Positions 28,260 through 37,944 of a stretch of DNA of 64,000 bases are shown piece after piece. The translations under genes were made by a program, and so were the position numbers. The notes below the pieces were generated by a model, which was not told where the DNA came from, did no database searches, and was given only the letters and a program-made list of their open reading frames with translations. The stretch's first letter is position 1; every line of letters begins with the position of its first letter. This DNA is from an uncultured Actinomycetes bacterium (GTDB lineage: Bacteria > Actinomycetota > Thermoleophilia > Gaiellales > JAICJC01), in contig CAWESH010000013.1 in the NCBI GenBank assembly GCA_963811675.1, positions 10,907 to 74,906 of the forward strand. The letters are read 5' to 3'.

Positions 28260-29141
28260 ATGCGAATCGGGGTTATCGGGTTGGGGACGATGGGTGCGCC
28301 GATGGCTCGGCACCTGCTCGAGGCCGGCCATCAGGTGATGGTGCACAACCGCACCCGAGAGCGCGAGCTGCCCCTGGCCGAACTCGGTGCCACTCGGTGT
28401 GAGTCACCCGCTATGGCCGCGCGAGACGCCGATGCGGTGCTGACCTGCGTGTCCGACTCTCCCGATCTGGAGCAGGTGCTGTTCGGGCCGGGCGGTGTCG
28501 CCGAGACGATTCCGGAGGGCGCGATCGTGATCGACTGCTCGACCGTGTCACCCGCCGTCACCGCCCAGCTGGCGGCGAGGCTGGCAGAGCAGGGCGTGGG
28601 CATGGTGGACGCACCCGTCTCCGGCGGATCGGAAGGGGCTGAGCGAGGCACGCTGACGGTGTTCGCCGGTGGCGAGCCTGACCACGTGCGGCGAGCGACG
28701 CCACTGCTGGAGGTCTTCTCCAGCCGGATAACACACCTCGGCCCGCCCGGAGCCGGGCAGCTGGGCAAGGCCGTCAACCAGGTAATGATCGCGGGAACGT
28801 ACGCAGGCGTGGCCGAGGGCGTCGCCTTGGCCGAGAGCGCCGGGCTGCCGCTGGAACAGCTGGTGGAAGCCCTCTCGGGCGGCGCCGCCGGATCGTGGGT
28901 GCTCACCAACCGCGCCGACAACATGATCGGCGACAGCTACCCGCTCGGGTTCAAGCTTGCGCTCCACCGCAAGGATCTGGGCATCGCCCTGGATGAGGCC
29001 GCACGTGCCGGGCTCGACCTCGAGATGTCCAAGCTGGTCGCAGGCCAGGAGGACGCCCTGATCGACGCAGGCTTCGGCGATGAGGACGTCAGCGCGCTGG
29101 CGCGGGCGGCCAAGCGCCGCCCGGCCTCAGCTTCCGACTGA
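28260..29141 (+). CDS. 3-hydroxyisobutyrate dehydrogenase / tartronate semialdehyde reductase family oxidoreductase
   Basis: GVIGLGTMG, DAPVSGG, GQLGKAVNQ, HRKDLG. Confidence 0.93.
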   Translation: MRIGVIGLGTMGAPMARHLLEAGHQVMVHNRTRERELPLAELGATRCESPAMAARDADAVLTCVSDSPDLEQVLFGPGGVAETIPEGAIVIDCSTVSPAVTAQLAARLAEQGVGMVDAPVSGGSEGAERGTLTVFAGGEPDHVRRATPLLEVFSSRITHLGPPGAGQLGKAVNQVMIAGTYAGVAEGVALAESAGLPLEQLVEALSGGAAGSWVLTNRADNMIGDSYPLGFKLALHRKDLGIALDEAARAGLDLEMSKLVAGQEDALIDAGFGDEDVSALARAAKRRPASASD

Positions 29142-30344
29142 GGCGGTCACCGGCTCCAGCTCGAACTGGAGCATCTCGGCTGCCTCGTCGAACCGCCGGC
29201 ACACGGCGTCGCGATCGGCGGCCGCCAGCGCCACCACCGCCAATCGGTGGCTGGCGGTGTCGTCGTCGTTCTCAGACAGCCGGTGCCCCGGCCGCACCAG
29301 GATCTCGACGTGGGCATGCCCGAACCGGCGGGTGACCTCGGTCGGGTCGGGAACCGACCGCACCACCGCGTCGGAATAGGTGCGAAGCACGAAGCTCGAC
29401 GCCACCAGGTCGGTGCGGGCCGGCGGCAGCTCCGGCACCCCACCGGTCACCAAGGCGAGCTGCAGCTCGTAGGTCGAGACACCGTGCACCGCCTTTACCA
29501 GCGGTGCGAACTGGGATGCCATGCGCCCGTTGACCTCGACGATGTGGACGTCGCCCTGCGGGCTGACGAAGAACTCGATGTTGAACACCGAGTCGTCGAA
29601 GTCAAGCGCGGGCATCAGCCGACCGGCGATGTCGTGGATACGGGCGACCGCCCATGCCGGTAGGGCGGTGGGGTACTCGAATCGCAGGAAGCTGATCTCG
29701 TTGGGGTGCATCACGGCGTCGGTGATACCGATCGGCGTCATCACGCCGCGGTGCATGAACCCCTCGAAGGTCACCAGCGTGCCGGTCAGCAACTGCTCTG
29801 CGATCAGCCGGCGGAATGATCGGCCGGTGAGGGCTGAGTCGTAGGCGGTGATCGCCTCCAGCCGGTCGCGGGCCTCGGCCAGCACATCGGAGAATTCCCG
29901 ATCGTTTCGCACGGTGTAGGCCAGCTGCGACAGGTGTGCGCTGACCGGCTTGACGAAGAAGGGGTAGGGCAGGGGAGCCTGGGCAGGTGGGTTGTCGGGG
30001 TCGATTGCGGCGAACCGCGGCGTGGCCTCGGGCACCGTCTCGGCCTGGATCCGGCGGCATGTGAGCTTGTCGTGGCAGCGCAGAAACGCGGTTGGGGACG
30101 CTCCCGGCAGCCCCAGCCGGTCGGCGATCACCGTCGCCAGATGACCGGTGGCGTCGCCGGAGCCGAGCACACCTTGCACCTGCGGCGCTTCGTCTGCGAT
30201 CTGGTCGGCAAACCTGCCGGGGTCGAAGCCCGGATTGGTAACCGGTGGGCCGGCAAGGCGTAGCCCGTACCGTGAAAGAATCCGCTCGTCCGCCAGATTC
30301 AGCCGGTCACGTTGCCCGGGACAGATGATGAGTGCGGTAGGCAT
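29127..30344 (-). CDS. ATP-grasp domain protein (amino-acid ligase-like)
   Basis: CHDKL, YPFFVKP, IAEQLLTG, FNIEFF, IVEVNGR. Confidence 0.88.
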   Translation of the reverse strand: MPTALIICPGQRDRLNLADERILSRYGLRLAGPPVTNPGFDPGRFADQIADEAPQVQGVLGSGDATGHLATVIADRLGLPGASPTAFLRCHDKLTCRRIQAETVPEATPRFAAIDPDNPPAQAPLPYPFFVKPVSAHLSQLAYTVRNDREFSDVLAEARDRLEAITAYDSALTGRSFRRLIAEQLLTGTLVTFEGFMHRGVMTPIGITDAVMHPNEISFLRFEYPTALPAWAVARIHDIAGRLMPALDFDDSVFNIEFFVSPQGDVHIVEVNGRMASQFAPLVKAVHGVSTYELQLALVTGGVPELPPARTDLVASSFVLRTYSDAVVRSVPDPTEVTRRFGHAHVEILVRPGHRLSENDDDTASHRLAVVALAAADRDAVCRRFDEAAEMLQFELEPVTASVGS

Positions 30345-30424
30345 CTCGGGGGTTTGTCTCGATTCGCTCGGGATTGTTACTGATAACAGTTCCCGGCGCC
30401 AGGGCTGGGCTAACGCCGCCCTCT

Positions 30425-31534
30425 CTAGCCCCACACCTTGCCCGCCACGCGCGCCAGCAGCTCGAGCTTGGCGCGCTGCGCATCGGGGGTGATCGCGTTG
30501 CCGATCACCGAGGTGGCAAATCCGCACTGCGGGCTGATCGCGAGTCGTTCCAGGTCGACGTGACGAGCGGCCTCGCGGATCCGGGTCTCGATCTGTCGCT
30601 CGTCTTCCAGGCGAGAGGATTTGGTGGTGACCAGACCCAGCACCACCATCCGGTCGTCGGGCACCTCGCCCAGCGGCTGGAACGTGCCGGAGCGCTCGTC
30701 GTCGTACTCCAGCAGCAGCCGGTCGGCATGCACTCCGCGAAACACCTGCCGGGCGATCGGCTCGTAGCCGCCCGAAACCAGCCAGCGGCTGCCCTGGTTG
30801 CCGCGGCACAGGTGGAACCCGAAGGTGACGTCGGGGTGGCCGTCGATGACCGCGTTGTCGAGCTCGATGCCGTGGTCGAGCCAGCGTTCCACCGTCCACC
30901 CACGGCTCTCGTAGAAGGCGCGGGTGCCGGGGTCGATCAGGAGCGGGTAGTGCGGTGCGTCGAGCTGGATGTAGGTGCAGCCCAGCCGCGCCAGCTCGTC
31001 GATCTCGTCGCGGGTGATCGCGACCACGTCGGCCAGGAAGTCGTCCAAGGTGGGGTAGGCGTCGGTGCTGACATCCGGCGACCACAGGTTGGCGTACAGG
31101 CTGGGGCTGGTGAGCGTGACCTTGGGCACCGCGCGGGTCGCGCGGGAGCGCAGGTAGACGAAGTCCTCCGAGGCCAGGTGGCGGCGGCGCCGCAGCTTCT
31201 CGCGCACTCCCAGCGCGGCCGGCCGTTCGGTCGCGCGGTCGCCGACCTCGTCTCCGTGCCAGTCGCCCCACAGATAGGCCTCGAGCGGCACCTCTCCGAA
31301 CCCGTCCACGGCTTCGGGCAGCCCCGACTGGAATGACAGGCGACGCATCTCGCCGTCGGTGACGACGCCGATGCCCGCTGTCTCCTGCATCGCCACGGCG
31401 GCGTCCACGGCGGCATCCTCGGCTCGTTTCAGCTCGCTATGGCCGGCCTCGCCCCGTTCCCACCGGTCACGCACCTTGGCCAATGCCGGTGGGCGCAGAA
31501 GCGACCCGACAACGTCGGTGTGCGCCTCGATCAT
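30425..31534 (-). CDS. Cobalamin-independent methionine synthase II family protein
   Basis: DVVGSLLRP, TDGEMRR, YIQLDAP, HLCRGN, LLEYDDERSG, SPQCGFA. Confidence 0.94.
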   Translation of the reverse strand: MIEAHTDVVGSLLRPPALAKVRDRWERGEAGHSELKRAEDAAVDAAVAMQETAGIGVVTDGEMRRLSFQSGLPEAVDGFGEVPLEAYLWGDWHGDEVGDRATERPAALGVREKLRRRRHLASEDFVYLRSRATRAVPKVTLTSPSLYANLWSPDVSTDAYPTLDDFLADVVAITRDEIDELARLGCTYIQLDAPHYPLLIDPGTRAFYESRGWTVERWLDHGIELDNAVIDGHPDVTFGFHLCRGNQGSRWLVSGGYEPIARQVFRGVHADRLLLEYDDERSGTFQPLGEVPDDRMVVLGLVTTKSSRLEDERQIETRIREAARHVDLERLAISPQCGFATSVIGNAITPDAQRAKLELLARVAGKVWG

Positions 31535-31600
31535 GCCGGGATCGTAGCTAGATGGCGCTACCCGGCGGGCCCGGCGACCGTCAGCTACTAGATTACGCCC

Positions 31601-33068
31601 ATGAGCACAATCACTGAAGAAACCCAAGTTCTGGACGGCGTCGCCAAGCAGCTCTTCATCGGCGGAGAGTGGCGCGATGCGACCGCCGGCGCCACCCTCA
31701 AAGTGGAAGATCCCGCCACCGGCGAGACGATCGCCGAGGTCGCCGACGGTACCCCCGAGGACGCCGTCGCGGCCCTCGACGCAGCGGTGGCCGCACAGGC
31801 CGACTGGGCGCAGACGGCGCCCCGCGAGCGCGGAGAGATCCTGCGCCGCGCATACGAGAAGCTGATCGAGCGAACCGACGCGCTGGCACTGATAATGACG
31901 CTCGAGATGGGCAAGCCGCTGGCCGAGTCGAAGGGCGAGATCGCCTACGCGGCCGAGTTCCTGCGCTGGTTCAGCGAGGAGGCGGTGCGCATCGACGGCC
32001 GCTTCGCCGTTGCCCCCAATGGCCAGGGGCGGCTTCTGACGATGCGCCAGCCGGTCGGCCCGTGTCTGATGATCATCCCCTGGAACTTCCCGATGGCGAT
32101 GGGCACCCGCAAGCTGGGCCCGGCGATCGCAGCGGGTTGCACGTCGGTCATCAAGCCCGCCCAGCAGACGCCGCTGAGCATGCTCGCGCTCGCCCAGATT
32201 CTGGAGGAATCAGGGCTGCCGGCGGGGGTCGTGAACGTCTTCACGAGCCGTTCGTCGAGCAAGACGATGGCCCCCCTGATCGCCGATCCGAGGCTGCGCA
32301 AGCTGTCGTTCACGGGGTCGACGGAGGTCGGCAAGAGCCTGGTCGAGGCCTCCGCGCACCAGCTCCTGCGGGTATCGATGGAGCTCGGCGGCAACGCCCC
32401 GTTCCTGGTGTTCGACGACGCCGACGTCGACGCGGCGGTGGAGGGAGCCATGATCGCCAAGATGCGAAACGGCGGCGAGGCCTGCACCTCTGCCAACCGC
32501 TTCCGGGTGCACGAGGCAGTGTCCGACGAGTTCACGGCCAAGCTCGCCCAGCGCATGTCCGCGCTGAGCGTTGGCCGAGGTACCGGGAGCGGGCGTTCAG
32601 GTTGGGCCGCTGATCGATGCCACCCAGCGCGGCAAGGTGGCCGAGCTGGTCGAGGACGCCCGCTCGCGCGGAGCGGAGGCGGTCGTCGGCGGCACGCTGG
32701 TGGACGGCCCCGGGTACTTCTACAACCCCACGGTGCTGGGCGATGTCCCCGCCGACGCAAAGCTCCTGTCCGAAGAGATCTTCGGGCCGGTGGCGCCGAT
32801 CACCACGTTCTCCGACGAGCAGGACGCGATCGACTGGGCCAACGCAACCGAGTACGGCCTGGTCGCATACGTCTTCACCCGCGACATCAAGCGGGCGTTT
32901 CGGGTGGTCGAGGGCCTCGAGACCGGCATGGTCGGCCTCAACCAGGGCCTGGTGTCGAACGCCGCCGCTCCCTTCGGCGGCGTCAAGCACTCCGGATTCG
33001 GCCGTGAGGGCGGTCCCGAGGGCATCAGCGAGTACCTGTCGACCAAATACGTCGCCATCAACCTGTGA
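31601..33068 (+). CDS. gabD: NAD(P)-dependent succinate-semialdehyde dehydrogenase (indel near 32590)
   Basis: PWNFP, SFTGST, MELGGNAP, RNGGEAC, EEIFGPV, PFGGVKHSGFGREGG. Confidence 0.92.
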
Positions 33069-34012
33069 GGGCCGTCGTCTTCACCGGTGCCGGCGGCACC
33101 GAGGTAATCGACGTGCAGGATCGGCCCGATCCGGTGCCCAGCAAGGGAGAGGTCGTGGTGGAGTCGGTCTACGCCGGCATCAACCCGGCCGACCTCGCCC
33201 AGATGGCGGGGCGGTACCCGGTGCCGTTGGGCTCGCCTAAGGACATCCCTGGACTCGAGGTGTCGGGCACGGTGGTGGAGCTGGGCGAGGATGTCAGCCG
33301 CTGGAAGGTCGGCGATCGCGTCTTTGGCATCGTCGGAGGAGGCGGCTTGGCCGGCCGGGTGGCGGTGCACGAGCGGCACCTGGCGGCGGTGCCCGACGTG
33401 CTGGACGAGCAGCAGGCCGCGGCCGTGCCCGAGGCCTATGTAACTGCCCATGACGCGATCGTGACCCAGGCCGGACTGCGCATGGGGGAGCGGCTGTTGG
33501 TCAACGGCGCATCCGGCGGAGTGGGCCTGGCAGGAGTCCAGATCGGACTTGCCACCGGCGCCACGGTGTTTGCCTACGCCCGTTCGGCCGAGGCCCGAGC
33601 CAAGCTCGCCGAACTGGGAGCGATTCCGCTCGAGTCACCGGATGAGGCGACCGACATTCACGTCGTGCTGGAGTTGGTGGGTTCGCCCAACATGGAGGCC
33701 AACTTCGGCGCGATCGCGGTGCTGGGGCGGATCATCGTGGTGGGAAACGGCGCCGGCGTGGAGTTCCCCATGAACCTGCGAAAGCTGATGTCCACCCGCG
33801 GCCGGCTGATGGGAACGGTGCTGCGCGCCCGCCCGATCGAGCAGAAGGCCGACGCGGTGCTGGCGTTCGAGCGCCAGGTGGTGCCGCAGCTGGCCTCGGG
33901 CCGCTGTACCTCGATCATCGATTCGGTCTTCGACATCGACCAGGCGGCCGATGCCTACGACCGCCTGGCCGGCCCCGGCAAGTTCGGCAAAGTCCTCGTG
34001 CGGGTCGGGTGA
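33065..34012 (+). CDS. MDR-family NADPH:quinone oxidoreductase-like protein
   Basis: GINPAD, IPGLEVSG, GASGGVG, GKFGKV. Confidence 0.92.
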   Translation: MRAVVFTGAGGTEVIDVQDRPDPVPSKGEVVVESVYAGINPADLAQMAGRYPVPLGSPKDIPGLEVSGTVVELGEDVSRWKVGDRVFGIVGGGGLAGRVAVHERHLAAVPDVLDEQQAAAVPEAYVTAHDAIVTQAGLRMGERLLVNGASGGVGLAGVQIGLATGATVFAYARSAEARAKLAELGAIPLESPDEATDIHVVLELVGSPNMEANFGAIAVLGRIIVVGNGAGVEFPMNLRKLMSTRGRLMGTVLRARPIEQKADAVLAFERQVVPQLASGRCTSIIDSVFDIDQAADAYDRLAGPGKFGKVLVRVG

Positions 34013-34039
34013 ATAACGGTGCCAGGCACCGTTATTCAC
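34009..34039. repeat. REP-like palindrome, copy 5 (supplies both convergent stop codons)
   Basis: GTGAATAACGGTGCC-A-GGCACCGTTATTCAC; TGA 34010-34012 (+) and TAA 34032-34034 (-). Confidence 0.95.
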
Positions 34040-34757
34040 GCACTCCGTGGATGATGATGCCGCCGCCCAGGCTGAGCCGTTGAACGCGGATTCGTTGCAT
34101 GCCGGCATCGGCCCACATCCGTAGTACCGCCGGCAGCGGGTAGCGCTCCCAGAACTGCTCGATGTTGGGGCCCAGGAAGTGGCCGGTCTCGACCCAGCCG
34201 GGGCCAGCGAGGCGTCCGACAGTGGGCAGGCCGGCGCGCGTCCACAGCTTCCATGCCGGGTATGCCGCTCCTTCGGGAACGCCGAAGTCGAGCGAGGCCA
34301 TGACGCCGCCGGGGCGGATCGTGCGGGCCAGTTCCGCCAGGGTTGCGGCAGGGTCGTCGACGTAGCGCAGGAGGTAGGTGTGGGTGAGCGCGTCCACGGC
34401 GCCGTCCTCGAGCGGCAGCGACTCGGCCTGCGCCTCCACCAGATCGACGACCGCGTCGAGCCCTGCGGCGGCCACCCGCTCGCGCGCGCCGGCGAGCATC
34501 TCGGCGCTCTGGTCGATGCCCGTAACGTGGGCGCCGTAGCGCTCGGCGATTGCCATGGCGACCGCGCCGGTGCCGGTGGCCACGTCGGCCACATGCGCAC
34601 GAGGCGAGGTCACCGCGGGAGCCAGCTTGTCGATCAGGCGCCCGTGCCAGCGGGTGTACTCGCCGAAGCTGAGCAGACTCGCCCACCGGTCGTAGTCCTG
34701 CGAGATGCCGGCAAACAGGCTGTGGGCGTGCAGCTTGCGCTCACTCTGAGCGGTCAC
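34032..34757 (-). CDS. UbiE/MenG-like SAM methyltransferase
   Basis: LFAGISQDYD...LLSFG, DVATGTG, LLRYVDD. Confidence 0.9.
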   Translation of the reverse strand: MTAQSERKLHAHSLFAGISQDYDRWASLLSFGEYTRWHGRLIDKLAPAVTSPRAHVADVATGTGAVAMAIAERYGAHVTGIDQSAEMLAGARERVAAAGLDAVVDLVEAQAESLPLEDGAVDALTHTYLLRYVDDPAATLAELARTIRPGGVMASLDFGVPEGAAYPAWKLWTRAGLPTVGRLAGPGWVETGHFLGPNIEQFWERYPLPAVLRMWADAGMQRIRVQRLSLGGGIIIHGVRE

Positions 34758-35191
34758 CCCAGCAGCCCCAGCTGGCGGAGCACCGAGACCGAGTCGGAGT
34801 AGACGTCCTTGCGCTTGACCAGGCCATCCTCAAACGGGATCACGTCCATGCCGTCCCAGGTAATCGTGCGCCCGGTGGGCGCGATCACCAGGTCGCCGCG
34901 GCGAGCCTCCTTGGCGTGGGTGGCAGTCGCCGTCCACTCCTGCACCACCAGGCCCTCGCGGTAGTACATGCGGCGGGCGGAGAAGCTGATATCCGGCCAT
35001 GAATCGAAGATGGCGGCGATATGGCCGCGTACCTCCAGGCCTTGGGCAGACTCGCCGGCGGTGTGGTTGTGGAACACCATGTCGGGCGTGTGCATCGACA
35101 TGATCGTGTCCAGATCGTGAGCGTTCCAGGCATCGTTGTAGCGAGCAACCGTCTGCTCGAGTGCGGATGCTGAGTCAAGCGAGGTGGCCAT
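34754..35191 (-). CDS. SnoaL/NTF2-family protein
   Basis: DAWNAHDLD, VVQEWTATATH, GMDVIPFEDGLVKRKDVY. Confidence 0.9.
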   Translation of the reverse strand: MATSLDSASALEQTVARYNDAWNAHDLDTIMSMHTPDMVFHNHTAGESAQGLEVRGHIAAIFDSWPDISFSARRMYYREGLVVQEWTATATHAKEARRGDLVIAPTGRTITWDGMDVIPFEDGLVKRKDVYSDSVSVLRQLGLLG

Positions 35192-35196
35192 GGCCA

Positions 35197-35203
35197 TATC
35201 CTA
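35197..35203. promoter_or_regulatory. Symmetric bidirectional -10 element
   Basis: TATCCTA gives TATCCT on + and TAGGAT on -, each 6 nt from a start codon (35209 and 35191). Confidence 0.75.
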
Positions 35204-35208
35204 CGCCC

Positions 35209-36066
35209 GTGTCCTCCCCGCCGCTTGCCCTCGCCGTGCTCGGTCGCGGCGTGGTCGACCCCGCCGAGCCGCTGATCCTGGCCGACGACGGGGCGGTGCT
35301 GCGTGGCCGCGCGGCGTTCGAGACGATGCGCGTCTACGGGGGCACGCCGTTTCGCCTGGATGACCATCTCGTCAGGCTCGAGAACTCCGCCGAGATCCTG
35401 CGGCTGCCCCCGCCTGACACGGCCGGGCTGTCCCAGCTGGCGCATGCGGCGGTGGCTGCCTCGGGGGTGTCGAGCGCTGCCCTGAGAGTGGTGTGGACAC
35501 CGGGGCGCGACGCCGGCGATCCGGTCGGATTCGCGCTGGTGACTGCCATCTCCGACGGGCTCGAGCAGGAACGGGCTGCGGGCATGCGGCTGGTGTCGCT
35601 GCAGCTGGCGATCGGAGCGATCGTGCGGCAGCACTCGCCGTGGCTCTTGCCGGGGGTCAAGTCGACCAGCTACGCGGTCAACATCGCTGCGCAGGAGGAG
35701 GCCCGGCGACGCGGCGCCGACGACGCGGTGTTTCTCTCGCTCGAAGGGATCGTGCTGGAGGGGCCCACGTCGAATGTGTGGATGCTGGAGCACGGGACGC
35801 TGCTCACGCCGTCGCTCGACCTCGGCATCCTGGCGGGCGTCACTCGCGGCACCCTGCTGGAAGCCGCGGCCTCCAGCGGAATCCCGGTGGAGGAGGGGTC
35901 ATACCCGCTGACGCGGCTGGCGGCCGCCGACGAGGTGTTCATCTCGTCCAGCGTGCGGGAAGTGATGCCGGTGATCGCAGTGGACGGCGAGCCGATCGGC
36001 GACGGCCGGCCGGGACCGATGGCTGCCCGCATGCAGGCCGCGCTGCGCTCCGCCGCAGGCGGCTAG
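35209..36066 (+). CDS. Aminotransferase class IV / aminodeoxychorismate lyase-like
   Basis: GRAAFETMR, HLVRL, VKSTSYAVN, EGPTSN, GILAGVTR. Confidence 0.92.
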   Translation: MSSPPLALAVLGRGVVDPAEPLILADDGAVLRGRAAFETMRVYGGTPFRLDDHLVRLENSAEILRLPPPDTAGLSQLAHAAVAASGVSSAALRVVWTPGRDAGDPVGFALVTAISDGLEQERAAGMRLVSLQLAIGAIVRQHSPWLLPGVKSTSYAVNIAAQEEARRRGADDAVFLSLEGIVLEGPTSNVWMLEHGTLLTPSLDLGILAGVTRGTLLEAAASSGIPVEEGSYPLTRLAAADEVFISSSVREVMPVIAVDGEPIGDGRPGPMAARMQAALRSAAGG

Positions 36067-36590
36067 AGCACCGTCTCGGGCACGCGGTGCCAGGCGGCGA
36101 CGTACTCGCGCTGAAGCGGATGGGTGAGCCGGCCGGCCCATGCGACCTGCACCATGTCGGGCGCCTTGGGCACGTTTCGGGGGTACATCCCCGCCTCGTA
36201 GGGCAGCCGGTCGCCTTTGCGATGGTTGCAACGGCGGCAGGCCGACACCACGTTGTCCCATGCGTGTTCGCCGCCGCGGGAGAGCGGCTTGACGTGGTCG
36301 ACGGTGAGATCGCGCGGCCCGCCGTCCTTTCCGCAGTACGCGCATCGCCACCCGTCTCGGCAGAACAGCACCCGGCGCACCACATTGCGCTTGACGACCG
36401 GTCGCAACTCGACGTAGGCCGGCACCTGGAGAATTACCGGCAGGGCAACCCGCAGATGCTCGGAGCGGTACACCACGTCGGCATCCTCGGCGATCACCTG
36501 GGCGTGGCCGCACACGACCAGCGACACGGCGCGCTCGCGCGCGACGAGAGTGGTTGGGCGCATTGTGGCATCGAGCAGCAAACAGCGGAT
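36063..36590 (-). CDS. HNH endonuclease (McrA-like); start codon uncertain
   Basis: RDGWRCAYCG, TVDHVKPLSRGG, WDNVVSACRRCNHRKG; SD GGAGG just upstream of ..IRCLLLDA. Confidence 0.9.
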   Translation of the reverse strand: MRCLLLDATMRPTTLVARERAVSLVVCGHAQVIAEDADVVYRSEHLRVALPVILQVPAYVELRPVVKRNVVRRVLFCRDGWRCAYCGKDGGPRDLTVDHVKPLSRGGEHAWDNVVSACRRCNHRKGDRLPYEAGMYPRNVPKAPDMVQVAWAGRLTHPLQREYVAAWHRVPETVL

Positions 36591-36725
36591 GACACACCTC
36601 CGAGGATTCGCTGTGAAGTGTAGATGGATGGCCAGAGGGCGGCCACGACCGGGCGCGGGGTGGATAGTGTCTTTCGTTCCATGCATTCAGCCGGCGAGCA
36701 TCGCCGGCAACGACGGGAGGCCGAC

Positions 36726-37199
36726 ATGCAACTCGCCGCCACAATTGCCGTGGTGATCTCGGTGCTGGTGCTCGCGTTCCAGGCACGCGAGGTCGCGGTC
36801 CAATCACGGGTAGCCAACCAAGTCGCCGGAACCCAAGCGCATCGAGAGATCCTGTTCCACTGGAAGTCAGTGGTGGACGTGTTTCTCCGGTGTCCGGAAC
36901 TGAGCGAGTACTACTACGATCAAACCGCCGCCGCACCGAGCCCACACGATCGCGTCCGGCTCAAGGTGATCGCCGACCAGCACGCCGATTTTCTCGAGAT
37001 CGGGTTCATCACCAGCCAGCAGCTGGGATCGTATGCGCACTGGATCGGGGAGTGGGCTGAGTACGTCCCCCAGCAGCTCGCGAGTTCGACGCACCTTCGG
37101 TCAATCATTCGGCACAACCCTTCCGAGTGGCCGTCGATCTCACGATTCGTGGCGGAATACGATGCTGCGCACGCAGGCCATTCGGACGTCGTGGCCTGA
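36726..37199 (+). CDS. Hypothetical protein with N-terminal TM helix
   Basis: SD GGGAGG; MQLAATIAVVISVLVLAFQ. Confidence 0.7.
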   Translation: MQLAATIAVVISVLVLAFQAREVAVQSRVANQVAGTQAHREILFHWKSVVDVFLRCPELSEYYYDQTAAAPSPHDRVRLKVIADQHADFLEIGFITSQQLGSYAHWIGEWAEYVPQQLASSTHLRSIIRHNPSEWPSISRFVAEYDAAHAGHSDVVA

Positions 37200-37200
37200 T

Positions 37201-37896
37201 TCACCCGAAGTGCAGCGGCCGCGGCACAAGACACCCGTGATACGTCGCTCGGCGGGCCTCGCGCGTCAGCTCCAGTGTCAGTCGCGCACGGCGGATGATG
37301 GCGTCGGAGCCGGCGTCGCCGTCACGTGCCTCAGCGAATCCAAACCACCACTGATCGGCTCCCTCCCCGCGCAGTTCACGCTCGATCCGCGAGATCGTGA
37401 AGTCGGTCGCAACCGGCGATCCGCGCAGCGCGATCGCCGCCCCTCGCTCGCCCACCCGTCCCACCACGTCATCAGCGCCGACGCAGCGTTGCAGCGCCGG
37501 CAGCGGGTCACACTCGGCGGGTTCCACCTCCACCACCAGGAGCGACAGCGGCAGCCCGTCCCCCTGCTGGGCTGAGAACTCCAGCGGCGGAACCAGCGCG
37601 GCCGCCAGGCGGCACGCCGTGGCATCTCCCGCCGACCAGCGACGGGCCGATCGGCTGTCACCGACGATCAGCACACGCCGCCCGTCGGGCAGCGGAAACG
37701 CCATCGCCGATCGCCATCCGCGTGTCTCCAGCAGCTCGCGGGCCTCGACGTCCAGGCGGGCATCGGTGACCCTCCACTCGGCCGGCTCGCGGATCCACGG
37801 GACGAACTCAACCGCGCAGGCGTCGGCCCGAGGCAGCGCCTCGAGGAGCGCCGTTGACACCGCAGTGGGTTCCACACGCTGGTTATCGTCGATCAC
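37201..37896 (-). CDS. GAF-like plus degenerate GGDEF-like protein
   Basis: GWRSAMAFPL..RRWSAGD (GAF-like); PLSLLVVEVE, DDVVGRVGERGAAIAL, GFAE...IIRRA (GGDEF-fold pattern without the GGDEF motif). Confidence 0.55.
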   Translation of the reverse strand: MIDDNQRVEPTAVSTALLEALPRADACAVEFVPWIREPAEWRVTDARLDVEARELLETRGWRSAMAFPLPDGRRVLIVGDSRSARRWSAGDATACRLAAALVPPLEFSAQQGDGLPLSLLVVEVEPAECDPLPALQRCVGADDVVGRVGERGAAIALRGSPVATDFTISRIERELRGEGADQWWFGFAEARDGDAGSDAIIRRARLTLELTREARRATYHGCLVPRPLHFG

Positions 37897-37944
37897 CTGC
37901 GCATCTGCAGCCGTCCGGGCGCCGACTCTGGTAGCTTCGCCCGC

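Noticed and set aside
28211..28402. Recurring peptide MVNNGARHRYS / MPGTVIH in several ORF-track entries
   Set aside because: It is simply the translation of the palindromic repeat, not a protein family.
36063..36590. HNH nuclease as a defence system or mobile element
   Set aside because: It resembles the common stand-alone actinobacterial HNH family; no methylase, repeats or mobility genes are adjacent.
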